Shown here: positions 1 through 16,453 of the stretch, piece by piece
How positions within the stretch are numbered: the first letter of the stretch is position 1
Layout: each line of letters opens with the position of its first letter
NCBI GenBank assembly: GCA_964016885.1
Contig: OZ024746.1
Coordinates: 38,378,001-38,442,000, forward strand
Direction of reading: 5' to 3'
DNA length: 64,000 nt
Source: Eledone cirrhosa
Lineage: Eukaryota
The notes under the pieces: model-generated
Database searches by the model: none
What the model was told of the DNA's origin: nothing
Seen by the model: only the letters and a program-made list of their open reading frames with translations
Translations under genes and position numbers: made by a program

Positions 1-137
1 CTACTAAAGAGCCAGAAGATTGACAAGTCAACTCTAAATATGACTAATAGCTCTAAGCAAGCCAAGAACGAAAGAACATCTTTTTAACTTTGATTTTGAG
101 ACTAGGTTTATAATTATCAATTTTCATTATGCTTTTG

Positions 138-359
138 TAGTTGTCTCGGTGGCCTAGTTGGAGGAATCATAGACGGTGGTGTTCTGAAGTTCGATCCTGA
201 TCGGGAGTAGGGGTCCCGGTAACATATTTCAGTTTTTTTTTCTATTGATTGGAAAATAAAAACTGAAAAAGGTTACATATACCTCTTGATCATGATTGAA
301 CCCAAGGCCAGGATCTCCACCGGCTCTATGACCTACCGCTAGACCACAGAGACAACTAT
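138..359. repeat. Inverted pair of tRNA-like (SINE-head-like) sequences
   Basis: 138-210 has A-box-like TGGCCTAGTTGG and B-box-like GTTCGATCC. 281-359 is a diverged reverse complement (TAGTTGTCTCTGTGGTCTAGCGG...GGTTCAATC on the minus strand). Confidence 0.4.
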
Positions 360-661
360 GGAGCACTTATGAAAATGTATACTTATAAACCTACTTTCAA
401 AATTTTCAAAACAAATTGATATGCTGTCGTCCATGTCTTTCTTACTGTTATTGCTCCTACTTAAGGCTGACTTCTAAATCATTTGGGTGTTCCATAAACT
501 ACATCCTCGTTTTGTTTCTCATCTATCTAGTCTATTTTTTAACCTGTAATCCTGTTTCATTTCTGTTACACTTCATTCCCCTCCCCCTCTTTCTCTTTCT
601 CTCTATGATATTTGAATCTACTATAATTTGGGCTTACTTTATTCATACTTACAAGGATTGT

Positions 662-761
<100 letters not shown>

Positions 762-844
762 ATGATAATAAATGTGAAGACTAATATCCACAGAGGGCTC
801 GATAAGGATAAATATATGTTAAATATATAAGAACCCTAGACCAA

Positions 845-984
845 ATATTTATTAAAATAACAGATTAAAGTTTAAGCAAGGAATCGCTGTTTTCACCCTT
901 AACGGGATCTTCTGAAAATGTTTAGATCCCGTAAAAGGTGAAAGCAGCGATTCTTTGCTTAAACCATGTTATTTTAATAAATAT
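845..984. mobile_element. Fold-back insertion with degenerate hammerhead-like core; third arm copy at 1711-1776
   Basis: Arms GTTTAAGCAAGGAATCGCTGTTTTCACCCTTAACGGGATCT / AGATCCCGTAAAAGGTGAAAGCAGCGATTCTTTGCTTAAAC. Minus strand reads CAGAAGA-tccc-gttaa-gggt-GAAA. Abuts (TA)n. Confidence 0.5.
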
Positions 985-1252
985 ATATATATATGCAGTG
1001 GCGACCTGGGTCTAAAGATATTGGTTGCAAAGAGATGAAGGGGGTCCACTACATATAAAATGCTATCATCTAATGTTTATAATGAACAAATAACATTTTC
1101 AAAAAATACAAAAGTGGAAACAGTACAATCAAATTTTTGCGGAAAAAATATCTTACATTCTCCAATAAAAAATATTATGTTTTTTGCGAAATCCAGATAC
1201 TTTCAATAATGACGATTGGTCTTTCACACTCACTCTCTCTCTATATATATAT

Positions 1253-1499
1253 ATAAATTAATAAAAATAATGAATAAAAACAAAGAAACAGTTCCTTATA
1301 TTAAAAAATTCATCATTTTACGATCGCTTCTAGGATATATGTGTTTGTGTTCGTATGTATATCATATAGATCTATGTAAAATGTTTACAAACTATCAGAA
1401 CACAAACACATATATATCCTAGAAACGATCGTAAAATGATGAATTTTTTAATATAAGGAACTGTTTCTTTGTTTTTATTCATTATTTTTATTAATTTAT
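1253..1499. mobile_element. Fold-back insertion containing the 3' half of a minimal hammerhead
   Basis: About 100-bp inverted arms. Right arm reads GAAA-CGATCG-TA (palindromic stem III plus cleavage triplet); no CTGANGA seen. Confidence 0.5.
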
Positions 1500-1631
1500 C
1501 TTGACTCTGTTTTCCTGTATTTTTCATCGGAAAAAAAATTTTTGAATACATCTCTTTTCATGATATTCGGATTACATGGAGTTCTTCATACGGATTGGAC
1601 ACTACCGTACATTTTGGTAGATTTATCTACA

Positions 1632-1716
<85 letters not shown>

Positions 1717-1871
1717 TAACAGATTAAAGTTTAAGCAAAGAATCGCTGCTTTCACCCTTAACGGGATTTTCTGAAACTAAAAATATTTACTCTACGGTTC
1801 TTATATATTTGATATATATTTATCCTTATCGAGCCGTCTTTGGATTTAGTCTTCAAATTTATTATTATTAC

Positions 1872-1940
1872 TCGATAAAATAAAGTACCAGTAATGTTCT
1901 GAGTAATTGCTGGCCTTGTGCCTAAAGTAGAAACAATTAT

Positions 1941-1943
<3 letters not shown>
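1872..1943 (+). mobile_element. SINE 3' fragment (same family as 17128-17295)
   Basis: TCGATAAAATAAAGTACCAGTAAT...AATTGCTGGCCTTGTGCC...GTAGAAACAATTATTA is shared with 17225-17295. Confidence 0.65.
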
Positions 1944-2020
<77 letters not shown>

Positions 2021-2906
2021 TTGTGTGTCTGTGTCTATATATGTACGTTTCCATGCATGAAAGAATACATTACGCATTAGATTTAGTAGAATGTACAGCC
2101 ACTGATTCCAGCTATTTACACTCTCTTATATATATAATTGGTTGACCAAATGCTTTGCTTGATTATTTTATTTATTTCTAAAATTATTTATTCTTTTTCT
2201 CAGACTTCAGGTATTTTTTGAAAGCAAAGCTTTGGCCCCTACAATACTACAGTGGGCTCCCAATGCTACTGTGGGCCTCCTGGCACCCACTTGCCATTGG
2301 ACAAATTGGCAACCTGGACAATCCGCAACTGCACACACACACACATACGTAAACACATAAATACACACACTCACATGTACCCAACTTACACTACTAATAC
2401 TCGCTAACCCCCAACAACTATGGCCAGAATACCCGCATCTATTCCACCTATTATAACTAACACCAAGTAAAGTTATTAACTCACCCCACCATCACACCTG
2501 CGCACGTACCACCCCTAACAACACACAAACATTTCCACCAGCAAAACCCCTAACATACATCCTTGTATATAATAGTTGGATATGAACCGTATCTGACCGC
2601 TATTATCATGTAACACACACACGCATACTCCGATACATATAACCACACAATAGACACCAATAAGTATACATCCCCGCCAAACACAGAAACCCATGCACAA
2701 TTTTCGTTTAATTTTTAATTTCTTTGCGTTTTCATTTTTATCTTATTCCGTCTATCTGAACACTCTGAACTCTGTTATTCCAAAAAACGGGTAAATCCTC
2801 CACACGTATATTATTTAATTCTCTTTCTCTTAAGCGTGAAATTAATAAGACATTATGTTAATACACCCTTCTGTTTGTTTGATTCTTGTTTTCTGGATAT
2901 ATATAA

Positions 2907-2982
<76 letters not shown>

Positions 2983-3085
2983 AGATCAATATCCCCACAG
3001 GTACTAAGTACCCTCGGAAATATATAGGGTGTCTATGATACAGTTGTTGTTCAATGGTATTAATTTGACATACCAGAACTATAAA

Positions 3086-3585
3086 ATTGAGATAAGCGAG
3101 ACAAGCAAAATTCAAACAATCTTACAAAATAAATTCAAAAAATATAATTTAAATATTTACCTATTCATATCGCATTTACCGACGGTTTTGCCTCACAAAA
3201 GATTGGTAATCCAAGGGATTCCAATGGAAAGTTCGGCTCTTCAGAAAGCATTTACCCTTTATATAGGACATAAAGTCCCACAGCCAGCAAATATATTGCC
3301 TTCAGCCAGCTAGTGCAGGATCGAATGGGGCCGTAAATGTGACCTACACGTAAACTTGTCGTTAGTAGAAGCGGGAGTAGTAGTATAGACGTGTTGTCTG
3401 CCACACCACTAGAAATAGCAGGTAGCTTTCTGAAGAGCCGAACTTTCCATTGGAAGTCCCTTGGATTTCCAATCTTTTGTGAGGCGAAACCGTCGAAAAA
3501 AGCAATATGGATAGGTAAATATTTAAAATATATTTTTGGAATTTATTTTGAAAGATTGTTTGAATTTTGCTTGTCCCGCTTATCT

Positions 3586-3589
<4 letters not shown>
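3086..3589. mobile_element. Fold-back insertion (about 165-bp arms), each arm carrying a hammerhead motif
   Basis: 3086-3250 is the reverse complement of about 3425-3589; the right end abuts (TA)n. Confidence 0.7.
3425..3503 (+). ncRNA. Type I hammerhead ribozyme motif with long stem II (degenerate; mirror copy 3172-3250 on minus)
   Basis: gcttt-CTGAAGA-gcc...ggc-GAAA-ccgtcg...aaagc. The minus copy retains ccgtcgg-TA but has AAAA for GAAA, so each copy has one lesion. Confidence 0.65.
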
Positions 3590-3657
<68 letters not shown>

Positions 3658-3662
3658 ATATG

Positions 3663-3737
<75 letters not shown>

Positions 3738-3744
3738 ATATATG

Positions 3745-3775
<31 letters not shown>

Positions 3776-3886
3776 CTATATATATATATGTATTTATTTA
3801 TATATGTATGTATTTATTTATTTATATATGTATATATGTATATATGTATATATATATATATAATGTATAAAAAACAATACAATATA

Positions 3887-3964
3887 ATTACCTCATTACC
3901 AGAGGTTTCCCGAATAAGACGAATACGAAAGAAACGTCTTCATTCGTTCGTCGGACTAGGCAAT
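3887..3964 (-). ncRNA. Hammerhead ribozyme motif with variant core CCGACGA
   Basis: Minus: attgcctagt-CCGACGA-a cgaatgaagacg...cgtcttattcg g-GAAA-cc tct gg-TA-atgaggtaat; stems I-III pair. The inverted copy near 6087-6155 has lost the GAAA segment. Confidence 0.65.
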
Positions 3965-5302
3965 ATAAAACATAGTGAAATATTTGGAAAGTCTCCTCAA
4001 GAAATGCATAAAAAATTATATATATAGAGATAATACAATAGACATATAAAATATATAAGAAAAATTTTTAAGGAAATATAGTTAGGTGTGTGTATATGTA
4101 TGTATATACACTCACAGATGTACATATGTATGTACAAATGTGTGTGTATAGTGAAAATGTGTGCGTAAATATATGTATGAGGGCAAGTATATCTGTGTAT
4201 ATGTAACCACAGACACAGACATAATATGAGTGTCCGGTTGACAGGTATACAGAAAAACAGGGTATTAGATACATTATAAGAAAATGAAGGCACACGTATA
4301 AACACACACACACGCGCGTACACTTATATGCGGAAGAAAAAGAGGTAAGGGAGTGTAATAGTAAAAAGAAAGTGTCTTTCTCGATATATTTATAAAAATG
4401 GAACAATAATTTAGAAAGAAAAACTTGCAAAGTAAAGAAAAGAAAACAAACAAGGTACACGCGTACATACACATATATCTATAAGAAACACATATCTATA
4501 AAACATATATATATATACACGCAATACGTGCAGACAAAAGCGTATGCAAGCGTACATACACACACAGGATGCACATATATATATACATACACATCGCCCC
4601 ATGTTTATCTCATCACGCGTACGTACGCGACTGCATACACACACACATATAAACACACATAAATATATATATGTATATACATACGCACACATACACATAC
4701 ATACATGCAGTACGCACACGCACACACACACACATCCATACACTCACGCACTTTGACCCGCTTACATGCACACACATAAAAATAATAATGTAAAAATCAT
4801 AGATGTAAAAACACAGATATAAAAACACACATACATACACATATATATACACGCACGCGCGCGCACATACGGAGGCGTTCGTGTACATATACAGAAAGTA
4901 TACACATATAAAGACGCTCAGACACATTGATACAGGGTGTAAAAAACAGCCTTGTGAATAAGTGAGTACAAATATAAAAATATAAAATTGGCTGCGAAAT
5001 AACAGAAAATATCTGGAGTGGAAAACGCAAGTGACTATGTAATCAGGTAAAAAAGAAAATAGGGAAGTAAAAAGTGGAAAGTGAATATATTAGGTAAATG
5101 AATCGGAGAATAAAGGGGGTGGGGTTAGTGGTGGATGTGAAGTAAAAATAAAAATAAAAATAGAAATAAAAATAAAAATAAAAATAAAAATAAAAATAAA
5201 AATAAAAATAAAAATAAAAATAAAATTAATAATAAGGTTAAAAATGAAAGTAAATCAGAAAAGGTAGTCTTAAAGAGAATAATTTAAGTGAAGAATAAGA
5301 GC

Positions 5303-5545
5303 TTATAGAGGATAAGTATCTGAAAGTGTGTTAAGTTTATATGAGCTGGAAAGCAGGTGTGATTTCATGTGTGGGCAACTGGTGAAAATTTCTGTCTTTG
5401 TGTTTAGGCAGGTCTTTGGTGATTTAAGGTTTTGCAAAATCCAATATTTTTCATTTATGCAGAGCGTGCATTTTCTTGTTCCTCTTGCATATTCTGTAGA
5501 TTGGTTCAAAATTGACCAATCCAATTTATATTGGATACCTTTTTT
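5303..5545 (-). pseudogene. C-terminal fragment of Penelope GIY-YIG endonuclease
   Basis: WSIL...KCTLCINEK.WIL...LNTKTEIFTSCPH aligns by eye with the C-termini of 23060-23275 and 55134-55844. Confidence 0.75.
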
Positions 5546-6273
5546 TATAGATATATGTTTCTTATAGATATATGTGTATGTACGCGTGTACCTTGTTTGT
5601 TTTCTTTTCTTTACTTTGTAATTTTTTCTTTCTAAATTATTGTTCCATTTTTTATAAATATATCGAGAATGACACTTTCTTTTTACTATTACACTCCCTT
5701 ACCTCTTTTTCTTCCGCATATAAGTGTACGCGCGTGTGTGTGTGTTTATACGCGTGCCTTCATATTTTTATAATGTATCTAATACCCTGTTTTTTCTGTA
5801 TACCTGTCAACCGGACACTCATATTATGTCTGTGTCTGTGGTTACATATACACAGATATACTTGCCCTCATACATATATTTACGCACACATTTTCACTAT
5901 ACACACACATTTGTACATACATACATATGTACATCTGTGAGTGTATATACATACATATACACACACCTAACTATATTTCCTTAAAAAAATGTTTATATAT
6001 TTCATATGTCTATTGTATTATCTATATATATATAATTTTTTTTGCATTTCTTGAGGCGACTTTCCAAATATTTCACTATGTTTTATATTGCCTCGTCCGA
6101 CGAACGAAGAAGACGTTTCTTTCGTATTCGTCTTATTCTGGTAATGAGGTAATTATATTGTATTGTTTTTTATACATTAAATTTTGCTCTGGTACTTACA
6201 TAGAGCACTCTTCACTCCTATGACTTTTTCTATTTTCAACGGAAACTTCAATACCTATATATATATATATATA

Positions 6274-6698
6274 TGGTGGAAAGAGAGATGTAATTGGGTG
6301 TACGTTGAGATAGGTGGCGTGTATAAGACGTGTAGAGGAATGAAGGAAAGAGCATAAAGAATAAAATAAAAATAACACGAGAGAGAGTTACCTTGGGAGA
6401 GATTTAATTGTCCCTATATATTTCGGATTCACTGTTCGTTGTTTTGAATATTCAAAACAACGAACAGCGGAGGATGCGTTTCCCACCTTTCCGACAGACA
6501 ACCTTTCCCCACCCCGGAAAAAAGCCCCAGTTGATGGATGTGAATCCGAAATATATAGGGACAATTAAATCTCTCCCAAGGTAAATCTCTCGTGTTGTTA
6601 TTTTTATTTTATCCTTTATGCTCTTTCCTTCATTCTTCTACACATCTTTACACACCACCCATCTCAACGTACACCCACTTACATCTCTCTCTCCACCA
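6274..6698. mobile_element. Fold-back insertion with hammerhead remnant and internal perfect palindrome
   Basis: Arms 6274-6432 / 6540-6698. ggat-gtga-atcc-GAAA-tata-TA-ggg at about 6536-6560. Palindrome CTGTTCGTTGTTTTGAATATTCAAAACAACGAACAG at 6432-6467. Confidence 0.6.
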
Positions 6699-6808
6699 CA
6701 GGATCGTGTTACCCGGAGATTTACCCATTTGCATTGTCGAGGCTTCCAAACGACTTAAAGAAATTTACCTTATCATTCCACAATGCTTCAAGCAAACTTC
6801 AATACTCT

Positions 6809-9935
<3,127 letters not shown>

Positions 9936-9968
9936 TATACCTAACTGTACCAAGGATTACACACATTT

Positions 9969-10032
<64 letters not shown>

Positions 10033-10120
10033 TTTTCTTTCGCAACTACGATGTTTACGATATAGCCCCAATGTGTGACATATTCTTCTATATCCAAACA
10101 TCATGAAAATGTACAGAAAT

Positions 10121-10176
<56 letters not shown>

Positions 10177-10181
<5 letters not shown>

Positions 10182-10450
10182 AAAAAGAGATGAAATCGAA
10201 AATGCAACTGGAGTCTTATTTTTTTTTTAAATATATATATTTATTTGGTTCCTTTACCGGTTTCGCAATTCTTCTACTTTTCAAAAGGTGAGTTGAGATG
10301 GAGGGCCTGTGGTTTCAGACCCTCCATCTCAACTCACCTTTTGAAAAGCAGAAGAACTGCGAAACCGGTAAAGGAACCAAATAAATATATATATATTTTA
10401 AAAAAATAAGACTCCAGTTGCATTTTCGATTTCATCTTTTTTTCTTTATA
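10177..10450. mobile_element. Near-perfect fold-back (about 130-bp arms) with hammerhead-like motif
   Basis: Arms about 10177-10305 / 10319-10450. At 10337-10374: cctt-TTGAAAA-gcag-aagaa-ctgc-GAAA-ccgg-TA-aagg. Flanked by (TA)n. Confidence 0.7.
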
Positions 10451-10505
10451 CTTTCACTCGTGTAGGACACCTCGGTTATTTTTCGTTTTGTAAAAAAAAC
10501 CTCAC

Positions 10506-10545
<40 letters not shown>

Positions 10546-10918
10546 TAGATAAATAGATAGATATAGATATAGATGTATATACATACACACACACACAAAT
10601 ATACATATATATAGACAGATTTAATACACATAAATACCTATATATAATGTATACATCACATTTATAAGTATAGATTTTTATATATTAAAATATATGCAAC
10701 GAAATATAAACACATATACCGATGTTTACGCACATAAAAACTATAAACATATTTATGAAAATAGTTATCACTTATATGTAATAAATGATAGCAGCCATCT
10801 ATATGCGAGTGTATTAGTATGCTACTGTAGATGTTTACCGGTGGGATGAGTGTCCATATGTTATTATAAATGTGATTTGTATTAAATGACACCATTAATG
10901 ATTACTAATAATATAGAG

Positions 10919-11266
10919 CAGAAGTTCTCAAACCTTTTGGCTCACCACCCCCCACACGTCCACAAAACCCTCAACGTCCCCAATCCCTATTTCCAGAGAG
11001 ACCTACCTACACGCAAATTGTAAATAATATATAATAAATAAAATCATTGATTTATATTTAATAAATAATATAATATATACTATGTATAAATAAATATTAT
11101 ATATATATATTTTTTTTATTTTACTATATTTATTTATATGTATCATTTGATATATAATATACTAGTATATCACCTCTACCACCCTCACTGTCCTCTTCGG
11201 CCCCAGCGCGCCCTCGACCTTCTCAATGCCACAGGGGTGCGGTAACGCCCACGTTGTGAACCTCTG
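10919..11266. mobile_element. hAT-superfamily (Charlie-like) MITE
   Basis: TIRs CAGAAGTTCTCAAAC / GTTGTGAACCTCTG; 8-bp TSD ATATAGAG (10911-10918) / ATGTAGAG (11267-11274). Confidence 0.7.
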
Positions 11267-12520
11267 ATGTAGAGAATGGAAAACAATGATAACAATATGC
11301 TGTAATCATTTATTGTTGGAGTCTAATCCAATCCAATCAGATCCAGTCCAGCTCACTCTTGTTGGAGGAACCCCTCCCTTCTTCACCTTCACCTCTTTCG
11401 TTTGGTTTTGGCCATATCAGGGGTGTAGCGTATTCACAACGCTTGGCCAGTTGAGGATTGCTGAGACTATGTAACCCATATTTGTGGTAGATGGCCGTTA
11501 ATTCTGAGCTGTTCATCCACCCTTTCACCATCTCTTGCTTGTTTGTTTTGTTATGGGGCTGAGGTTCCACTTATCCTCTTCGACATACCATGGTTTAGTG
11601 GATGAGCAGGTTTAGTCGCCGAGCACTTGGCCATAAAGCAATTTTTACTTGGTTACATGGTACCAGTAGCAAACAGAGGCCTGGTCTGACCTGACCAAAT
11701 GATGGAGTATATACAGAGAGCTATCCGTGTATACATATTTTTCAGTGAGTGTACACATGTGCAAATGTCTATACTTGTAAAAACAACCGTGTTTATGTTC
11801 ATATTAATGATTAATTCTTAATGCAAGCAATTTTTCTCAGTATGTTTAATTTTCAAATACAATCACCCCATGAGAAACATGACATTTACAAATAATTCAT
11901 ATAACAAGGAGCACCCATTCATTTGTTAAATTTAATTGCCCTTTTATTCTCAAAACACCATTTTATACTTGCAAATTGAACGTTCTAAATGTCACCCCAT
12001 CTCCTTTTCGTATGTTTCCAAACTATAGATATATCTGCTGTTTACATGTATGTAGACTTTCATTTCTTTTCTTTTTCAGTTTGTTTCTTCTTTTCTTCTA
12101 GTAGTATATTTTGTTCAATTCTATATCTTTCGGGGGGGGGGGGGTCATGTTTCCTATTATACTACTTATAACTGTACTGTGAAACAACCAACCACTAAAA
12201 TTGTAATGTATTAATAGTTCCCATAAAGATACTATCCAACACCTACAAACATTTCTATGAAAATATTTCTCCTATAAATAATGAATGTATGTGTAATGTT
12301 CCAGTAAGCCCTTATAAATAAACAATTTCACTCTGCAACTAATATTAAATCTTTTCATTGCTAAATCATTATTGGTGTTTGTTATACTACATGCATACAT
12401 ACACACACACACACACACACACACATGCATATATATATTAAACTCGTCTTATAAACTGTGTGCTCTTACTCTTGGATATTTCTACAAAACTGTTACTTAC
12501 TACAGTATATAGATATTATA

Positions 12521-12559
<39 letters not shown>

Positions 12560-13553
12560 TAAAATATATATAATGTACACACAATTTAAGTATATTTAAT
12601 ATTTTCTAAAAATTTCAGAACATGGGAGCTTCTTATATTAAGAAAAAACCCTACATATGTGCATGCACCAACTCTCAGTCTACATTTGAATATCCATGTA
12701 TATATCCGGCGATTTTTTTCAGATCGATTAGCCTATATAGATTCATTATTGAGGAGGGAAAACGCCAACTTCAGACTCTTGACGTGCAAATGTTTCCAAT
12801 CTGTCGTAACTAAACATTACATTTTCAAACGACCTGTGTAGTCAACATATGGGGATACAGCTAGCGTGAAATCTATTTACCATAATATATAGTCATGCGT
12901 GATCAAAACCAATTCCACAGCAAGATTCTATAAATGTTTTCTGACAAGTTTTCTTTCATTTTCTGCTTTGTATTTATTCATTGTAGTTTCATTTTCCTCT
13001 CTTTTATAATTTTATTTTATTTCATTTTCATTTTGTCTTCTTTTCGAAGGAGGAAAATGGTGCAATGAGAGAGTAGATATTAGGGTGGAAGGTTAAGGAC
13101 TATTTTCAGAAATCAAACTTGTTTTTCACTTTATATGGCAGAACTGTATTTATTTGAGAATTTGGACGTTTTTTTTCTTTTTTGCAGTTTTTTTTATTTT
13201 TGTAGTTGTTGGCAATATTTTCCTTTATTTTACACGTTTACTTATCTATCTATCCTTTTCCATCTTCATATGTGTGACTGTATGTGTAAGCATGCTTATT
13301 TCCCTGCATCATTCTTTCCTGTGAAGTGCTCGATAGATAGCACAATCTATAGCCAACATGAGTTATCTCTTTCATATATAGAATTACGCAGGTAAGGTGT
13401 TTTATTGAGGTGTGCATGGTACTATTCTCTAATCACATATTTTTCGTTCTGCATGCATATATAAAGATGCACAAGCGTTCAGTTTATCTCTATGAGGTGC
13501 TTTCATGTTTTGGTAGGCATATATGTCAGGGGTGTTTATGTTTGTATATATAT

Positions 13554-13618
<65 letters not shown>

Positions 13619-13709
13619 CATATATCTCCATGGGTAGTGTGTATGTGTATGTGAGTATCTATGAATTATAAATATCTTTCTTTCATGTATGCATACTTTC
13701 ATGTGTATG

Positions 13710-13740
<31 letters not shown>

Positions 13741-13754
13741 GAATGTATGCATGA

Positions 13755-13832
<78 letters not shown>

Positions 13833-14009
13833 GAATATATGTATGTATTTGTGTGTCAGTGTCCGTATCTGCATTAATGTTTACCCTGATAAATCGGCGT
13901 TGCGGTAAACTTGAGTTACGACGACGATAAATAGAAACCAAATCGTTGATAATGGTGCTCCAGCATTGCCGCCATTCAATATTTCAAATCACTTAATTAA
14001 CAGGCTGGT

Positions 14010-14060
<51 letters not shown>

Positions 14061-14514
14061 CTTGCGTGTGTGAGTTCTGAGTTTGTATATTCATTTTTAA
14101 AAAATGATTCTTCCATGTTTCTCCTTTAATATCTCTTTTTTTTTTTTTCGTTTTCCCCTGTTTTGGTTCGTTGTTTTGTCTTCTTTTTGTTAATTTTCCT
14201 ACGTTTATTATTATTAATCTGCGACGCACGTGTTCTCTCTTCTCCCCGCAATAATCTTAATGATTTATAGTTAACACGATATCTCACTTTTTTTCTTCCT
14301 TTTTCTTTAGTTTCTATTTTTTCTTTGTCTCTGAAGAAATTTGTGTTTTAAAATACTTTCGCCCTGACATCACATAAAACACATGTGTACATTTTATAGC
14401 ATAAGTGCAATACGTTACTGTTTTCTCTTGTCTCTTACACCACAGATAATGCTTTGGTTTGTCTCAGACGCTGTGACCCCAGGATAGTCCTAAGTTTATG
14501 ATTACATATAGATA

Positions 14515-16453
14515 AATTTCTTTATTAGCCACAAGCGCACAAAAGAAGGGGACAAATACAAATGGAGTGTTTACATACATGTATATTAAAATAAAACTAT
14601 TAATAAAATAACAAATAACTATTGAAATCCCCAATAGAGGGCAGGCGTTAAATAGGAGTTGTACACACCCCGCAAAAATGTACAACCCTCATCTCCAAGA
14701 GCACCAAGAGTGAGTACTCCCCTCCTCTCTTCCTCTTTTTCCTCAACCTAACCTTCAGGCTTATATAGAGAGAAGGCCCAATTACTCGGGCCATCTTTGC
14801 CACATTCACACACCTTTTATGAAATTTGCTGGGGCACAGCACCTCTCTCTCCATCTTGATTCCTCCTCCAAAATGATATTTGAAAAAACGAATCAGTTGC
14901 TCGCCGGAGAGAAAGGTGTCTGATCTCAACCCTTTTGACCTCGTCCACCTTAAAACCTCTTTCACAATAGCCGTAACACATAGGAAAACAGCCTCACCCT
15001 CGTTTTTGAAGGAGCGTGGCGGTTTGATCATGACAATGGACTCGGTGGTCAACTGGATTGGTCCCACCCGCGACAATAGTCGTTCTACTTAGCCCCACAG
15101 GTCGGTAACCACCGGGAAGTGTACAATTGCGTGCGCGACAGTTTCCTCGTCGCACACGCATCTCGGACAGATCTTTTTTGAAGGGTCCCTACCCGGGCGC
15201 CCGTGTCTGTAGAGCTTGTCTCGAACTGGTAGAGCTCCTGGGTAGCACTGCCAGGCCAGGGACTTTTGGAAGTTGTCCATTGGTCCCGGGCTGAAGGTCC
15301 TACCGAGCAGACTAGCCAGTTCGCCCTCCTCTACGCCTAGATTTTATCCGAGCGTGTCGTCGCACTTGCTGCGGACCAACCCTCTATAGAATGTCGAAGT
15401 GGAGTCTCCACTGATCGCCGAGTCCGTTTGCCAGAGGATTGTGTGTGCCTGAGCACATTTGAGGTGCCAGTCGCCCATTTTCCTCGGTCTTTGCTTGACC
15501 CAGGATTGCAGCTCGGTCAGCGAGACCAGTCGTGGGAAGGCTCGCCTCACGAACGGGGACCACACCGGTTGTCCGGTGAGGAATACGTGGAGGTGCTGCA
15601 GCCTGAGCGTGTGTTTGCGCATCTTCAGCCACGGCGTCCCCAGCCCTCCGTTTGAAAGGTGTTGGCAGCAGATGGATCTTCTCACCAAAGGAGCCCGTTT
15701 CTTCCAAAGTAATTGGAAGAGCGAGCGCTCCATTTTGGTGAGCGTTTTGACTGGACAAGGCACGACGGTCAAGCGGTAGTAGATGACGGACGCTATAAAA
15801 GTGTTCACCACCTCCGCTCGACGTTTCAAGGATAGTTTGCACTCGGCCCACTTCTGGGTGAGCGCAAACACCTTGGCCGTCACCTCGTTCAAGTTCTTCT
15901 CCACCTGGAGTTCCGGACCAAAACAGACCCCGAGCAGCTTTACCGGTCCTTCCGTCCAGCGTCCGACGACGCCATCGGAAGGCATCGGTTTGCCACTCCA
16001 CGTTCCGAGTTGCAAACCGACGGATTTGTCCCGGTTCAGCTTCGCCCCAGTGAACCTTTCGTATTCCTCCAGTAATGTGCCGACCTCCCCGATTCGCGAG
16101 CTGCTCGACACCATTACTGTCACGTCGTCGGTGCAGGCCGATGCGGCTTTTCGCAGTCCCGGTTCCAAAGGGATGCCCTGCAATAGCTCCAACTTCCGCA
16201 GTAGTGGCTCGAGAGTCAGTACGTACAGAAGTGAGGAGAGAGGGCATCCATGTCGGATGGATCGCGTGATATGGAACGGCTCCGAGAAGTAGCCGTTCAC
16301 CTTGAACCTTGAGCAGATGTTGCTGCAATGCAGAGCTGCAATCCAGTCCCTGGACACGGGTCCGAAGACTGTCGCCTCGAGCACCGCATCCAGGTAACGA
16401 TGGTCAACCCTATCGAAAGCCTTAGACTGATCCAAGTTGATCAGGGCCCCACC
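14515..16453 (-). mobile_element. 5'-truncated, degenerate L1/Tx1-type non-LTR retrotransposon (subfamily 2, copy E)
   Basis: RT motifs DQSKAFDRVDH, HGCPLS, CTDD and C-terminal CPRC...ETVAH in ORFs 15344-16435, 15089-15280 and 14648-15076. 3' end AATAAAGAAATT|TATCTAT; 5' end joins (GATA)n 16454-16528. Confidence 0.92.

Larger units (their letters stand above)
3861..6180 (-). mobile_element. 5'-truncated Penelope-like element with inverted duplication of its 3' end
   Basis: GIY-YIG C-terminal fragment 5303-5545. About 620 bp at 3861-4490 is repeated inverted at 5545-6180. Hammerhead at the 3' terminus. Confidence 0.8.

Noticed and set aside
996-2331. CAGTGGCG... / ...CCGCAACTG as termini of one hAT element
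   Set aside because: The TIR match is weak and no 8-bp TSD could be identified.
14325-14365. CTGAAGA as a hammerhead core
   Set aside because: No downstream GAAA with pairing stems.
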